Of a stretch of DNA of 61,449 nt, positions 20,250 to 30,953 are shown in pieces. Position 1 is the first letter of the stretch. Every line of letters starts with the position of its first letter. Origin of the DNA: Gemmatimonadota bacterium (lineage in GTDB: Bacteria > Gemmatimonadota > Gemmatimonadetes > Gemmatimonadales > GWC2-71-9). The stretch is from contig JBDGZZ010000004.1 in assembly GCA_039588335.1 (NCBI GenBank), forward strand, positions 1-61,449, in the 5' to 3' direction. Below the pieces are notes generated by a model that ran no database searches, had not been told where the DNA came from, and saw only the letters and a program-made list of their open reading frames with translations. The translations under genes were made by a program, and so were the position numbers.

Positions 20250-20990
20250 TTAGAGTCCGATTGCGTATCCGATCGTGAACAGGAATGTCGGGTGATGCGT
20301 CCACTCGGAATCGTCCTCGATGCTGGGGTTCAGGACCGGAGGAGCCAGGATGTCATCCTCGGGTATCGTGAAGAACGAAGGCGGGTACGACAGGCGCCAG
20401 AGGATGTCTCGGAATTCTACTCGGAGCATCAACCGGTCCGATGGATACCATCGAAAACCGATCGCGGGGGCGAGCTGGAATTGCGTCTTGAATACGAACC
20501 CACTCAGACTGTCTTCAGGAACACTGCCACCGAACGCAACACCGAACGAAACGCCAACGTAGGGAACGGTTCTGTGCCACGTCTTCTCTCCAGTGAACAA
20601 GAGCATGATCCCGGCGTCGAGCAAGGTGACGGTCTGCTTGGCTGTGTCGACAATGCTGTCCGTCGGTGCCGTCGAAGGGTCGATTATGTTGCGATTGAGA
20701 TTCGCCACGGCGAGGGAGCCATCGAGCTCCAAAGGCCCGCTGATGCGCATATTGAAGCGTCCCGTTGCCAGGGGCCCATCCGTCGGTCCCACACGGGCCG
20801 ACCCTGCCGAGCCTCCCAAATAACCGATTCCCAGCGAGATTACTCGCTTGGCTCGCAACGTGGTATATGGGGAGGACTCCGGTGGATGGCCTACCTGAGC
20901 CTCAGCCTCCAAGGCCAGACCCAATGTGCCACAGATGAGGAGAGTGACCGCCAGGAGTCGTTTCACGCTGATACCAGCGGTGTTTGACAT
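20250..20990 (-). CDS. Hypothetical outer-membrane beta-barrel protein
   Basis: Signal peptide (LALEAEA-Q) and alternating hydrophobic beta-strand pattern, ending in an aromatic-rich FTIGYAIGL. No named family recognised. Confidence 0.45.
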   Translation of the reverse strand: MSNTAGISVKRLLAVTLLICGTLGLALEAEAQVGHPPESSPYTTLRAKRVISLGIGYLGGSAGSARVGPTDGPLATGRFNMRISGPLELDGSLAVANLNRNIIDPSTAPTDSIVDTAKQTVTLLDAGIMLLFTGEKTWHRTVPYVGVSFGVAFGGSVPEDSLSGFVFKTQFQLAPAIGFRWYPSDRLMLRVEFRDILWRLSYPPSFFTIPEDDILAPPVLNPSIEDDSEWTHHPTFLFTIGYAIGL

Positions 20991-21031
20991 ACGGAGAGTG
21001 TCATCCTACAATCCTCGAAACCAAAGGAAGA

Positions 21032-22039
21032 ATGAGGCAATCTAGCCGCCTCCACCACCTGCTACCAGCCTGTCTCGTTCTGTCACTACTCGGCATGGCT
21101 GATCTGACGGCTCCCCCTCTCGAGGCCCAGGAGCGTTATCGGGTTGTGCGCCCAGAGAATTTCCGGCGCGAGGCATCACCCAATGCTACGATCCTCGCCC
21201 GAGTCTTCGAAGAGACGGAAATGTTCGGCATTCCCTCGGGAGCAAACTGGGTCGCAGTCACGCTCGACGGCTGGATCTGGTCTCCGTCGGTTAGGCCGGC
21301 CACCCAGGGGGCCCTGAATCTGCGGGTTACCGCGCGGGGCGGCGAGAACCTCCGGGATGTCCCCAACGGTACGATCCTGGCTCGATTGTCGGAGGGAACC
21401 TACCTCGACGAGGTTAGCCGTGAGGGAGATTGGGTCCAGGTTCGGCGAGATGGTTGGGTGTGGGGCAGTTCAGTGGAAAGGGTCGCGGGAGAACAACCCC
21501 GGTCTGTTGGTGCTGATCCGGACGTGACGCTGGATCATGCCGTGTTGGCTCAGCAAGCGCGCCTCTCGACGGTTCCCGAGGGTGAGGAGATGGGAACTCT
21601 TGCGGCTGAGACTCCGGTTCGAGTGTTGGCCCGCTCTGGTGAGTGGGTGAGAATCCAGACAGAGGGATGGGTTCGTGAATCCGATTTGAAACCCTCGGCT
21701 GCAGGTGTACTGGAAGGGGTCAGTGGCGCTGAAGTACGCGCTCGCCCAGAAGAATACGACGGGAAGCTGATTCAGTGGACACTCCAATACTTGGCGACAC
21801 AAGCCGCTGACGAACTACGTAGTGAGATACCGGAGGGTCAACCTTATATGCTGGCTCGCGGGCCGCTTCCCGAGGCGGGCTTCGTGTACGTTACTTTCCC
21901 TCAATCACGATTGGCCGAGGTGGAGCGGCTAAGTCCACTGGCCCAAGTGGTCGTGATTGGGCGTGTGAGGGTTGCCCGGTCACGGTATTTGGGAAACCCA
22001 ATCCTAGAACTAGTAGACATGGCCGTTCGTCAGCAGTGA
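21032..22039 (+). CDS. Secreted protein with repeated bacterial SH3-like (GW/SH3b) segments
   Basis: ATG 21032 has an AAAGGAAG Shine-Dalgarno and a signal peptide. The element W-V-x-V/I-x-x-D/E-G-W-(I/V)-W/R recurs three times (WVAVTLDGWIW, WVQVRRDGWVW, WVRIQTEGWVR). Confidence 0.5.
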   Translation: MRQSSRLHHLLPACLVLSLLGMADLTAPPLEAQERYRVVRPENFRREASPNATILARVFEETEMFGIPSGANWVAVTLDGWIWSPSVRPATQGALNLRVTARGGENLRDVPNGTILARLSEGTYLDEVSREGDWVQVRRDGWVWGSSVERVAGEQPRSVGADPDVTLDHAVLAQQARLSTVPEGEEMGTLAAETPVRVLARSGEWVRIQTEGWVRESDLKPSAAGVLEGVSGAEVRARPEEYDGKLIQWTLQYLATQAADELRSEIPEGQPYMLARGPLPEAGFVYVTFPQSRLAEVERLSPLAQVVVIGRVRVARSRYLGNPILELVDMAVRQQ

Positions 22040-22049
22040 GGCGTATACA

Positions 22050-22517
22050 ATGGATGAGAAATTGAAGGCGACAATCACGCAAAGAATCGAAGGACTCGAG
22101 GACGAACAGGCGAAACAACTGCTCGACTATATCGAGTTTCTGGACTCAAAGTACAATCGGAGTTCCCGTGACAGGTCTCCGTTTGAGCGTTTGGCAGACA
22201 ATGTGGAGGGATCTCTACGAGCCACTAGGATAGGCGGCGCTGCCATAAAGGGTACTGCGCAGGTGTTAGATGCGGCCAGCAGTGTCGTGCGGGGAGTAGC
22301 GGACGCTGGAATGGCGGTCGTGGATGAACTGCAGCGCTTGGATGAGGAGCCCGGCCAGAAGGATGCCGATCTGGCGACCGAAGGTGAGAATGAGGAAGCG
22401 GATGTGACGTCCACCGCTGAGGCCAGTACCGACGCTCCGCCGTCGAACAGGGCTGAGCCCGACGGAGCCTCCGAAGGCGAAGTGCCGCAAGAAGGAGAGG
22501 ACGAAAAATCGTCTTGA
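22050..22517 (+). CDS. Hypothetical acidic protein (DUF2281-like N-terminus)
   Basis: The N-terminus EQAKQLLDYIEFLDSKY resembles DUF2281-type helices. The C-terminal half is low-complexity and acidic. Confidence 0.4.
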   Translation: MDEKLKATITQRIEGLEDEQAKQLLDYIEFLDSKYNRSSRDRSPFERLADNVEGSLRATRIGGAAIKGTAQVLDAASSVVRGVADAGMAVVDELQRLDEEPGQKDADLATEGENEEADVTSTAEASTDAPPSNRAEPDGASEGEVPQEGEDEKSS

Positions 22518-22519
22518 CC

Positions 22520-22545
22520 GGAAGGTAGCCGCCCCGCTACCTTCC
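22520..22545 (+). terminator. Hairpin after the acidic-protein gene
   Basis: Perfect 10-bp stem GGAAGGTAGC / GCTACCTTCC with a 6-nt loop, 3 nt after the stop. No U-tract. Confidence 0.35.
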
Positions 22546-22561
22546 GCTATGGAACACCTGA

Positions 22562-24088
<1,527 letters not shown>

Positions 24089-24365
24089 TTCAGCCCAGGG
24101 CCGTTCCCCCCAGGAAGATACCGGGCGGTGCTTGACAGGCATCGCCCAGCCCATACTCTTACGCGACTGTGTCTCCCTCCGGCCCGGCTTGGTTTAGACA
24201 CCAATCCGGAGGGCTGGTCGAGAGTGGGGAAGAGGCTCACTGTGGTCTCTGCTGCAGCCACGCCTTTGCTGGCTGGCACGCGCACCGATTCGAAACACCT
24301 TGATTCCACAGTCCGGTTGAGAAGCCGCCTCTGCGGCTGCGAAGCCGGCCACCAAGGAGATCTGC

Positions 24366-25784
24366 ATGGATTTCTTTTCCGACCTGCCCGCCAAGATCCT
24401 GTCGGTCAACGATTTCGTATGGCAGCCATTCGCGATGCCCATCATCTTGCTCGTGGTGGGCGGCTGGCTAACGGTTCGCAGCGGTTTCGTCCAGTTCCTC
24501 CGCTTCCCAATGGCCGTTCGAATGGTGATGAAAGGAGCCTTTTCCAGGCGCAAAGGTGAAGAGGGGACCATCACACCGTTTCAGGCCCTATCGACGGCGC
24601 TCGCCGCGACGGTTGGGAACGGAAATATCGGAGGCGTGGCCACTGCAATCCTCGTTGGCGGCCCAGGCGCGATCTTCTGGATGTGGGTGACTGCAACGGT
24701 CGGTATGGCAACGAAGTATTCGGAAGCGGTACTGGGCGTTCACTTCAGGGTCAGGCGAGAGACTGGTGAACTAGCTAGTGGCCCAATGTACTACATATCC
24801 AAAGGGGTACCGTTCGCATCGCTGGGTAAAGTCCTCGCGGTTATGTTCGCGTTCTTTGGTGCAGCTACTGCCCTCTTTGGCACGGGCAACATGGCCCAAT
24901 CGAACACTATCGCCCGCACGTTCGTCGAGGCCGTCCGGTCCAGTGCCGGCTTCGAGGTGCCGCTGTGGGTGCCCGGGGCGTTGATCACCGTAGCCGTGGG
25001 CTTGGTCCTACTTGGTGGAATCAGGCGCATCGCTGCAACAGCCGAGAAGCTCGTACCCACGATGATCGTGGTCTACATCGCAGCTGCCTTGACCTATATG
25101 GCGATCAACGCTGTGGACATACCGCGTGTCTTTGTGATGATTTTCGAACATGCCTTCACACCGTCTGCGGCGGTCGGAGGGTTCATCGGTGCAGCAGTGG
25201 CGCAATCAATCGCGGCTGGCGTCAGTCGCGGTGTACTCTCGAACGAAGCAGGGCTCGGCTCGGCTCCTATTGCCCACGGTATTGCTGATGTGAAGCACCC
25301 GAGCGAACAGGGCACCGTCGGAGTGTTCGAGGTCTTCGTGGACACAATAGTCGTGTGTTCGATGACCGCGTTCGTCATTCTCGAGTCAGGGCTTTGGACT
25401 CAGGCTGGCTTCCAGGACACCAGCGGCGACCTAACGGCAGCAGCCATGAGCACGACCATACCGTTTGCGTCGATCATCGTGGCATTGTGCAGCTTCTTGT
25501 TTGGCTTTTCGACCCTCATCGCCTGGTGCTACTATGGGGAGAAGTGTTTCGAGTTTCTCTTCGGATCACGCATGATCATGCCGTATCGCGTCGTCTTCGT
25601 TGCGCTCATAATGGTGGGAGCAGTGGTTTCCGTCCCGTTGGCTTGGGCGATGGGCACGCTCCTGAACGGCTTCATGGCCTTCCCGAACCTGATCGGATTG
25701 GCATTCCTTGGAGGGACGGTGGCCAAGCTGTCCAAGGAATACTTCTCGGGGGCAGCAGAAACGCGAGGGACTGACACGACCTGA
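24366..25784 (+). CDS. Alanine/glycine:cation symporter (AGCS family)
   Basis: ITPFQALSTALAATVGNGNIGGVATAI and SNEAGLGSAPIAH signatures. Multi-transmembrane. Confidence 0.85.
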   Translation: MDFFSDLPAKILSVNDFVWQPFAMPIILLVVGGWLTVRSGFVQFLRFPMAVRMVMKGAFSRRKGEEGTITPFQALSTALAATVGNGNIGGVATAILVGGPGAIFWMWVTATVGMATKYSEAVLGVHFRVRRETGELASGPMYYISKGVPFASLGKVLAVMFAFFGAATALFGTGNMAQSNTIARTFVEAVRSSAGFEVPLWVPGALITVAVGLVLLGGIRRIAATAEKLVPTMIVVYIAAALTYMAINAVDIPRVFVMIFEHAFTPSAAVGGFIGAAVAQSIAAGVSRGVLSNEAGLGSAPIAHGIADVKHPSEQGTVGVFEVFVDTIVVCSMTAFVILESGLWTQAGFQDTSGDLTAAAMSTTIPFASIIVALCSFLFGFSTLIAWCYYGEKCFEFLFGSRMIMPYRVVFVALIMVGAVVSVPLAWAMGTLLNGFMAFPNLIGLAFLGGTVAKLSKEYFSGAAETRGTDTT

Positions 25785-25820
25785 CCGCGTTCGGGTTCGC
25801 AATACCGGGCCGCCCCCTTT

Positions 25821-26873
25821 ATGTTGCGGTCCATGTCGGGACAGAAGACTAGCAGTGTTCCAGGCAAGGGCGTGCGGGTAAGTGCTTCGCGCAAGCGTGC
25901 CGCACAGTCGATTGGCAAGATCCTAGAGCCTGGGATGCGGGTTGCCCTAACGACCCACGTGAATGCTGACGGAGACGGCTCGGGCAGCGTCGTAGCTGTG
26001 TGGCATCTTCTGACAGCCCTTGGCGTCCGAGCCGCAATCACGAACCCTACCCCGTTTCCGCCACGCTATGACTTTCTTCTCGGGGGTGCTCAAGGCGCCG
26101 ACAAGACCAGTCAAGCAGTAAAGCATCTGGAGCGAGCAGATGCCGTTGTCGTGCTCGACATTTCGGATCTCGGTCGGCTGGGCCACTTGGCCCGGGTTAT
26201 TGAGAAGACTGGCGCTCCCGTAGCGTGTATTGACCACCACGTAAGCGAGGGAAGCCTACCGCCCGGGCCACGAATGGTGGATCCGGCTGCATGTGCCACA
26301 GGTGAACTGGTCTACGATCTGGCGCAGTCGACGGGATGGAACATCAGCCCTCCAGTGGCCCGTGCCCTGTACGTAGCGATAATGACCGACACCGGAGGCT
26401 TTCGGTTCAGCAACACGACTCCCCGTGCTCTCCAGGTAGCAGCCCATCTTCTGGCTCACGGCGTGGATCCAGAGGAGACCTACAGCCACGTCTACGCCAG
26501 TGAATCAGAAGGTCGATTGCGTTTGATTGCGGAAGTACTGGACACACTGGTCGTAGAGCTCGACCGTGGCCTTGCTTGGATCACGGTCCCGCCTGGTGCG
26601 TTGGAACGCCACGGGCTGCAGGGAGATGACCTGGAAGGAGTCGTGGAATTCCCTCGTTCTCTGAAGGATGTGCGGCTGGCGCTCTTATTTCGCCCACTCG
26701 CCAATGGCAAGGTGAAAGTCTCGTTTCGGTCTATGGGCGCGGTGGATTCGGCGCGATTGGCGGAAGCTTTTGGCGGAGGAGGGCACCGCAAGGCCGCCGG
26801 AGCTTCTCTTGCCGGAGACATTGCCGAGGTGCAGGAGATAGTTCTTGCTGCAGCTCGCGCGACTCTTTTGTGA
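25821..26873 (+). CDS. DHH/DHHA1 family phosphoesterase (NrnA-like)
   Basis: Motifs HVNADGDGSGS, DHH (IDHHVS) and C-terminal GGGGH. Confidence 0.8.
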   Translation: MLRSMSGQKTSSVPGKGVRVSASRKRAAQSIGKILEPGMRVALTTHVNADGDGSGSVVAVWHLLTALGVRAAITNPTPFPPRYDFLLGGAQGADKTSQAVKHLERADAVVVLDISDLGRLGHLARVIEKTGAPVACIDHHVSEGSLPPGPRMVDPAACATGELVYDLAQSTGWNISPPVARALYVAIMTDTGGFRFSNTTPRALQVAAHLLAHGVDPEETYSHVYASESEGRLRLIAEVLDTLVVELDRGLAWITVPPGALERHGLQGDDLEGVVEFPRSLKDVRLALLFRPLANGKVKVSFRSMGAVDSARLAEAFGGGGHRKAAGASLAGDIAEVQEIVLAAARATLL

Positions 26874-26917
26874 CGGCGGGTTGATCGAGTATAGACGCCA
26901 CTCTATGATTCAAAACT

Positions 26918-28018
26918 ATGTCTGACAAACTTGAAGCACTCATTGCGGGTGCACTCACGAACGTGCGGAACCCGCGAGTTGACAACGACGTGATATCTGC
27001 TGGTATGGTGCGGGACCTCAACATCAACGACGGAACGGTGTCGCTGACCTTCGCGTTGGGTCGTGATGATCCCGCCGGGCTCGTACGAGAGGTGCGGCGG
27101 GCAGTGAAGGCAGTAGACGGCGTGAGCGAAGTCCACATCGAAGTGATCGAACCGTCCAGTTCCCCCACGGCGGGAGGTGCCCGTCAGTCTCAAACCGTCC
27201 CGGTAGCAGAACAGGTCCCGCAACCGACCGAGTTGCCTGGCCTGGGTAGTGTGATAGCGATCTCGAGCGGCAAGGGCGGGGTCGGGAAGTCCACCGTGGC
27301 AGCCAATCTCGCCGCTGAGTTGGCCCAGATGGGAAAACGAGTTGGCGTAATGGACGCCGATATTTACGGCCCAAACATTCCCAGGATATTCGGCATCAAC
27401 GAGAAGCCACCGGTAGTGGGCGGGAAGATCGTACCGCTCGAGAGCTACGGTGTGAAGCTGATCTCCCTCGGCTTCCTGGTCGAGCGTGACGCGCCGGCAA
27501 TTTGGCGGGGGCCGATCGTAGTCAAGATCATCAGTCAGTTTCTCCAAGACGTGGAATGGGGCAAGCTCGACTACTTCCTGGTGGACCTCCCACCAGGTAC
27601 CGGTGACGCGCAACTCTCACTCTCCCAGACAGTCAATGTCAAAGGCGCCATAATCGTCACGACACCACAGGAGATGGCGGTAGGTGATGCGCTGCGGGGT
27701 GCGAAGATGTTTGAACGGGTTGGGGTGCCGGTGTTGGGTATAGTGGAGAATATGAGCTATTTCACCTGCCCCCACTGTGGGGAGGATAGCGAAATATTTC
27801 TTCACGGTGGCGGGCAGCGCTTGGCCGATGAACTCGAAGTCCCTCTCCTCGGTCGCATACCGCTGCAGGCGCACATGGCCGATCTGGCGGATGAGGGCAA
27901 GCCAGTGGTCGTTGCAGATCCAGATTCGCCGGCGGCGAAAGCGCTGGCCGAATTTGCGAAGCAGGTAGTGGATCACTCGGGTGGGAAGTCGATTGCTCTA
28001 CCGGTGATTACGGGCTGA
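26918..28018 (+). CDS. apbC: Mrp/NBP35 family iron-sulfur cluster carrier ATPase
   Basis: N-terminal DUF59-like domain, deviant Walker A SGKGGVGKST and the CPHCG cluster-binding motif. Confidence 0.85.
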   Translation: MSDKLEALIAGALTNVRNPRVDNDVISAGMVRDLNINDGTVSLTFALGRDDPAGLVREVRRAVKAVDGVSEVHIEVIEPSSSPTAGGARQSQTVPVAEQVPQPTELPGLGSVIAISSGKGGVGKSTVAANLAAELAQMGKRVGVMDADIYGPNIPRIFGINEKPPVVGGKIVPLESYGVKLISLGFLVERDAPAIWRGPIVVKIISQFLQDVEWGKLDYFLVDLPPGTGDAQLSLSQTVNVKGAIIVTTPQEMAVGDALRGAKMFERVGVPVLGIVENMSYFTCPHCGEDSEIFLHGGGQRLADELEVPLLGRIPLQAHMADLADEGKPVVVADPDSPAAKALAEFAKQVVDHSGGKSIALPVITG

Positions 28019-28076
28019 TTTCGGGGACTCTACGCCGTATCGCATCCCGAGCGGCGCCGCCGACCGGTAGGGATGT

Positions 28077-28943
28077 CTACTGCTCTATCCACTCGATATC
28101 TATGTCTCCCAGAATCGCCTTTACACTGATATGGAGTTTTGCGGTGGCTGAATCGTAGTCTGGCGACCAGTATTTGGATCCGGCTTTCTCGAGGCCCGCT
28201 CTATCGAAGCTTGCTAGAAACCGATCGACCTCGATTGCCACGCCGACTCCCCGCGGGAGTCTTATCGTGAGTTGACCGAGTCCCAGGCTTATCTTTGCGT
28301 CACGGACAACGCCCGCACTCCACTCGCCAGTGAAATCGAGCAACACATCACCGACGCCCCCAGCGAACGAGATCTCGTCGCACCGCGCATTACCGAGTCC
28401 GGAGGCATGAAACTCCGCCGCACCGGTCTTCAATGTCAATCGTCCACAGCTGACGCGATTGGGTTTGTTGAAGTAGAGATGTGTCTTTGCCGCTCCCGAG
28501 TTGATTTCTGCGTCGGCTAGTGACAATCCCCCCAAGTCCAGTTCCGCTTCGGCTGCGCCGAGGCTCACCTTCAAGGAAGAAGTCAGCTGGGGAGCAATAC
28601 TCAAACTCAGGCGTTGCGGTGTTTCCAGTCGACCCAGGTCGAACGATTTCTCTACCGGACTCAAGCCAAACTCGAGGCTGTTAGTCTTTCGATTGTATGT
28701 TGTGACAGGAAGGAACTTGTCCTCATCGTAGTGTAGCTCGCCTGCATAGAGACTACGTCCGTCGCCCGGTGCGATTCGTAGTGTCCCAGCTGCGAATACC
28801 ACATTCACATTCAAGGTTTGTTCTCCTTGAATCAGTCGCGATGCAGTGATCGTGCGGAACGACTGGGCGTGTAACGGTGGCATTGCGATGATACTGATCA
28901 GGCCCGCGATGATCCAATGGAGAGTGCGACCGCTCATTGTCAA
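28077..28943 (-). CDS. Secreted beta-rich 'toast-rack' (DUF2154/DUF4097/LiaF-C-like) protein
   Basis: Signal peptide (PPLHA-Q) and repeated short beta segments (AELDLGGLSL, AEINSGAAK, LGLGQLTIRLPRGVGVAIEV). The start overlaps the upstream gene's stop by 4 nt. Confidence 0.5.
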   Translation of the reverse strand: MTMSGRTLHWIIAGLISIIAMPPLHAQSFRTITASRLIQGEQTLNVNVVFAAGTLRIAPGDGRSLYAGELHYDEDKFLPVTTYNRKTNSLEFGLSPVEKSFDLGRLETPQRLSLSIAPQLTSSLKVSLGAAEAELDLGGLSLADAEINSGAAKTHLYFNKPNRVSCGRLTLKTGAAEFHASGLGNARCDEISFAGGVGDVLLDFTGEWSAGVVRDAKISLGLGQLTIRLPRGVGVAIEVDRFLASFDRAGLEKAGSKYWSPDYDSATAKLHISVKAILGDIDIEWIEQ

Positions 28944-30367
28944 TCTTTCGAGATACGTTCGTGCCGGCGGACTATTGGGGTCGCTTGGGGTGTTTGGTAG
29001 AGATACTCGTCTGATAGGGCTTGGTCGAATCGGCGCGTGAAAGTACCACGGATGCCGGCGCGAGAGAGGATGGTTGCTCCAAAACCAGCAGTAGCGAGCA
29101 TCCAGGTGAGCAGGGCAGCACTGACCGTGGCAATGTCACCTGCCACCGGTATCGCGCCAATGAGGACTGCCGGTAACCAGATCGTCATCAGAGCTACGAG
29201 CCCGTACACAATGTACCGATATGAGAGCCAACTCCCTACCGCGTAGCCCTGGGACATTCTTTGCCGCAGGTACGCCTCGCCAATCGAACGGGCTACAGCG
29301 AGGTATCCGCCAGTTACGGCCAAGGCTGCTGCCATGGCGAAGCCGGCCGCTGCAAACGGGATTATCACGATTCCGACCACCGTCAGCGCGAGTCCGAGCA
29401 ATAGCATACCGAATACTGGAACCACCAGCGGTTGGGCAAATAGACCCACCATGAATGATCGCCAGAACGAGTTGCGGACGGTATCTGCGACGATTTCCAG
29501 TTGGCGCGGAGCGAAGAAGACTAGCCCGAATCCGAGGGCGCTGAGTGCAATGAACGCAGCCAGTAACCCCACCAAATCTCCGCCTATCTGGCCCGCGATC
29601 GCGCCGATGCTCAAGGCCCTTTCCTCGGGAACCGGAACCGATTCGGCAATTCGTTCGAGTCCGCCGATCGCCTCTAACTGTTCGAGCGCGCGTACTGCTT
29701 CCTCCAGCCCTTTCAGCGACTCGAGCCCCTCGAGAGCTGCAAGTCCCTCTAAACCTTCGAGGTTTTCCAATCCCTCCAGTGCCCTCAGTGCCTCGAGTGC
29801 CTGTAGTGCTTCGAGACCCGACATGCTTCCAGCAACACCGGCGACCGCCTCTTCCCGGTCACGCGCTGCGGCTTGATCGATCTCACCGGCCCCGTCTTCT
29901 GGGTGCGCGATCGCAGCTGCCACCAGGTTTGAGAGCGCAGTCGTCGCGCTTTCAAACGCCTTCTGATCCTCCGTCCCAAGTGCGCTCGGCTGCCACGCTC
30001 GGACAAGGGCGAGCATCTCACGTGGATCCAACCGCCCGGCTTCCGAAACCAGTTTGATCCAGGCCGTCTCCAGCTCGCCACCGCGTTCGTACTCAGCCAC
30101 AACCTGACGGTTTCGGATCCCACCGATCGCACGCTCGACGAAAACTTGACCGCTACCGAATGACACGGTCAGGGCATCACCGTTTGCAAGCATGAATTGC
30201 AGCGATGCCTCGTTCCGGCTTACGGATGACTGGTGTGCGACGACGTGTGATGGAGCATCCAAAACTTGAGCCTGCGTACCCGCCTGAGCAGCGGCTGTGA
30301 CTTCCATGACGTTCCAGCCGACGGCGTGCGCCACCGCAATAGCGGTCACCAGCTTAACGCGGTGCAT
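28940..30367 (-). CDS. Hypothetical polytopic membrane protein with Leu-x-x triplet repeat
   Basis: Signal/anchor, a soluble domain of about 150 aa, 13 consecutive L-x-x triplets (residues 185-223), then roughly 6-7 hydrophobic helices. Overlaps the upstream gene by 14 nt. Confidence 0.55.
   Translation of the reverse strand: MHRVKLVTAIAVAHAVGWNVMEVTAAAQAGTQAQVLDAPSHVVAHQSSVSRNEASLQFMLANGDALTVSFGSGQVFVERAIGGIRNRQVVAEYERGGELETAWIKLVSEAGRLDPREMLALVRAWQPSALGTEDQKAFESATTALSNLVAAAIAHPEDGAGEIDQAAARDREEAVAGVAGSMSGLEALQALEALRALEGLENLEGLEGLAALEGLESLKGLEEAVRALEQLEAIGGLERIAESVPVPEERALSIGAIAGQIGGDLVGLLAAFIALSALGFGLVFFAPRQLEIVADTVRNSFWRSFMVGLFAQPLVVPVFGMLLLGLALTVVGIVIIPFAAAGFAMAAALAVTGGYLAVARSIGEAYLRQRMSQGYAVGSWLSYRYIVYGLVALMTIWLPAVLIGAIPVAGDIATVSAALLTWMLATAGFGATILSRAGIRGTFTRRFDQALSDEYLYQTPQATPIVRRHERISKD
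29699..29815 (-). repeat. In-frame coding repeat, 13 x (Leu-x-x), mostly LEG/LEA
   Basis: Translation reads LEA LQA LEA LRA LEG LEN LEG LEG LAA LEG LES LKG LEE. The DNA shows imperfect 9-nt periodicity (ctcgag/ctccag/ctcaag variants). Confidence 0.8.
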
Positions 30368-30881
30368 TCCGTGCGATCCTCACTGCCTGAACTGGCTGCA
30401 TCAATCGGTAGAGCATCCAACCGTTGAACACGAACAGGACTGTAAGAGTTGCTGCTGCCGCGAGGACGATCTGTCCGGATACAGTCGTATTACTGAACAC
30501 AGAGTATGCGCTCCGTGCGATTCCGGCAGCCATGCCCAGAAAAGCGCGCCACGCCGGGAGTCCGACGTTCGACAGTAAACTACTAATGAAGCTTCCTACG
30601 CCCGCCGTGTTCAGGGCAATGAGTGTCACAATCAAGGACAATGAGACGGCGTACGCCCCTGAAAGTCCGCCGAGCAGCCACCAAACACGCCCGCTTTCAA
30701 CCAATGAACGAACGCGCGTCCTGGCGCTCTGCAGCCAACGTGGCGCAGGCGTGAACACCTGTGCCATTACTCTGTCGTCGAAACCTTGACTCGGCGAGTA
30801 ATGCTGCAAGGAAGCTAGATACCCGTCGATTACCGGGTCTTCCTCTGCGGGCGGGAGTGGTTTCTTGGTCATATCCTCCAT
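30354..30881 (-). CDS. Putative membrane anti-sigma factor (no zf-HC2 motif)
   Basis: Lies immediately downstream of the ECF sigma gene. Cytoplasmic N-terminus of about 70 aa, then about 3 transmembrane helices. The assignment rests on position only. Confidence 0.4.
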   Translation of the reverse strand: MEDMTKKPLPPAEEDPVIDGYLASLQHYSPSQGFDDRVMAQVFTPAPRWLQSARTRVRSLVESGRVWWLLGGLSGAYAVSLSLIVTLIALNTAGVGSFISSLLSNVGLPAWRAFLGMAAGIARSAYSVFSNTTVSGQIVLAAAATLTVLFVFNGWMLYRLMQPVQAVRIARNAPR

Positions 30882-30892
30882 TTGCCTGACTA

Positions 30893-30918
30893 TACGTTTG
30901 ACTCACACAGGAGTTTCA
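30893..30918 (-). promoter_or_regulatory. ECF-type promoter-like motif TGAAAC-N16-CGTA upstream of the anti-sigma-like gene
   Basis: Minus strand reads TGAAAC tcctgtgtgagtcaaa CGTA, then 11 nt, then ATG (30881). The layout matches the second copy upstream of the sigma gene. Confidence 0.35.
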
Positions 30919-30953
30919 TGGCTGCATTACAGTTTGGTTAAGTCCGAGTTTCA

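Noticed and set aside
24169-24213. H-type pseudoknot formed by GTGTCT/AGACAC and CCCTCCGG/CCGGAGGG.
   Set aside because: - The two 5' strands are directly contiguous (loop 1 = 0 nt), which is sterically implausible for an 8-bp second stem.
- Mutually exclusive hairpins or chance complementarity are more likely.
24089-24365. Glycine riboswitch upstream of the AGCS symporter.
   Set aside because: - Only a short CACCGA match was found.
- The conserved GGAGAG / ACCGAAGGGGCAA / CTCTGGAGAG elements are absent.
- I kept it only as a generic structured-leader candidate.
29654-29815. Periodic DNA repeat considered as a CRISPR-like or other non-coding array.
   Set aside because: - The period is only 9 nt and the repeat is imperfect.
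- It is fully in frame within a long ORF, so it is a coding Leu-x-x repeat.
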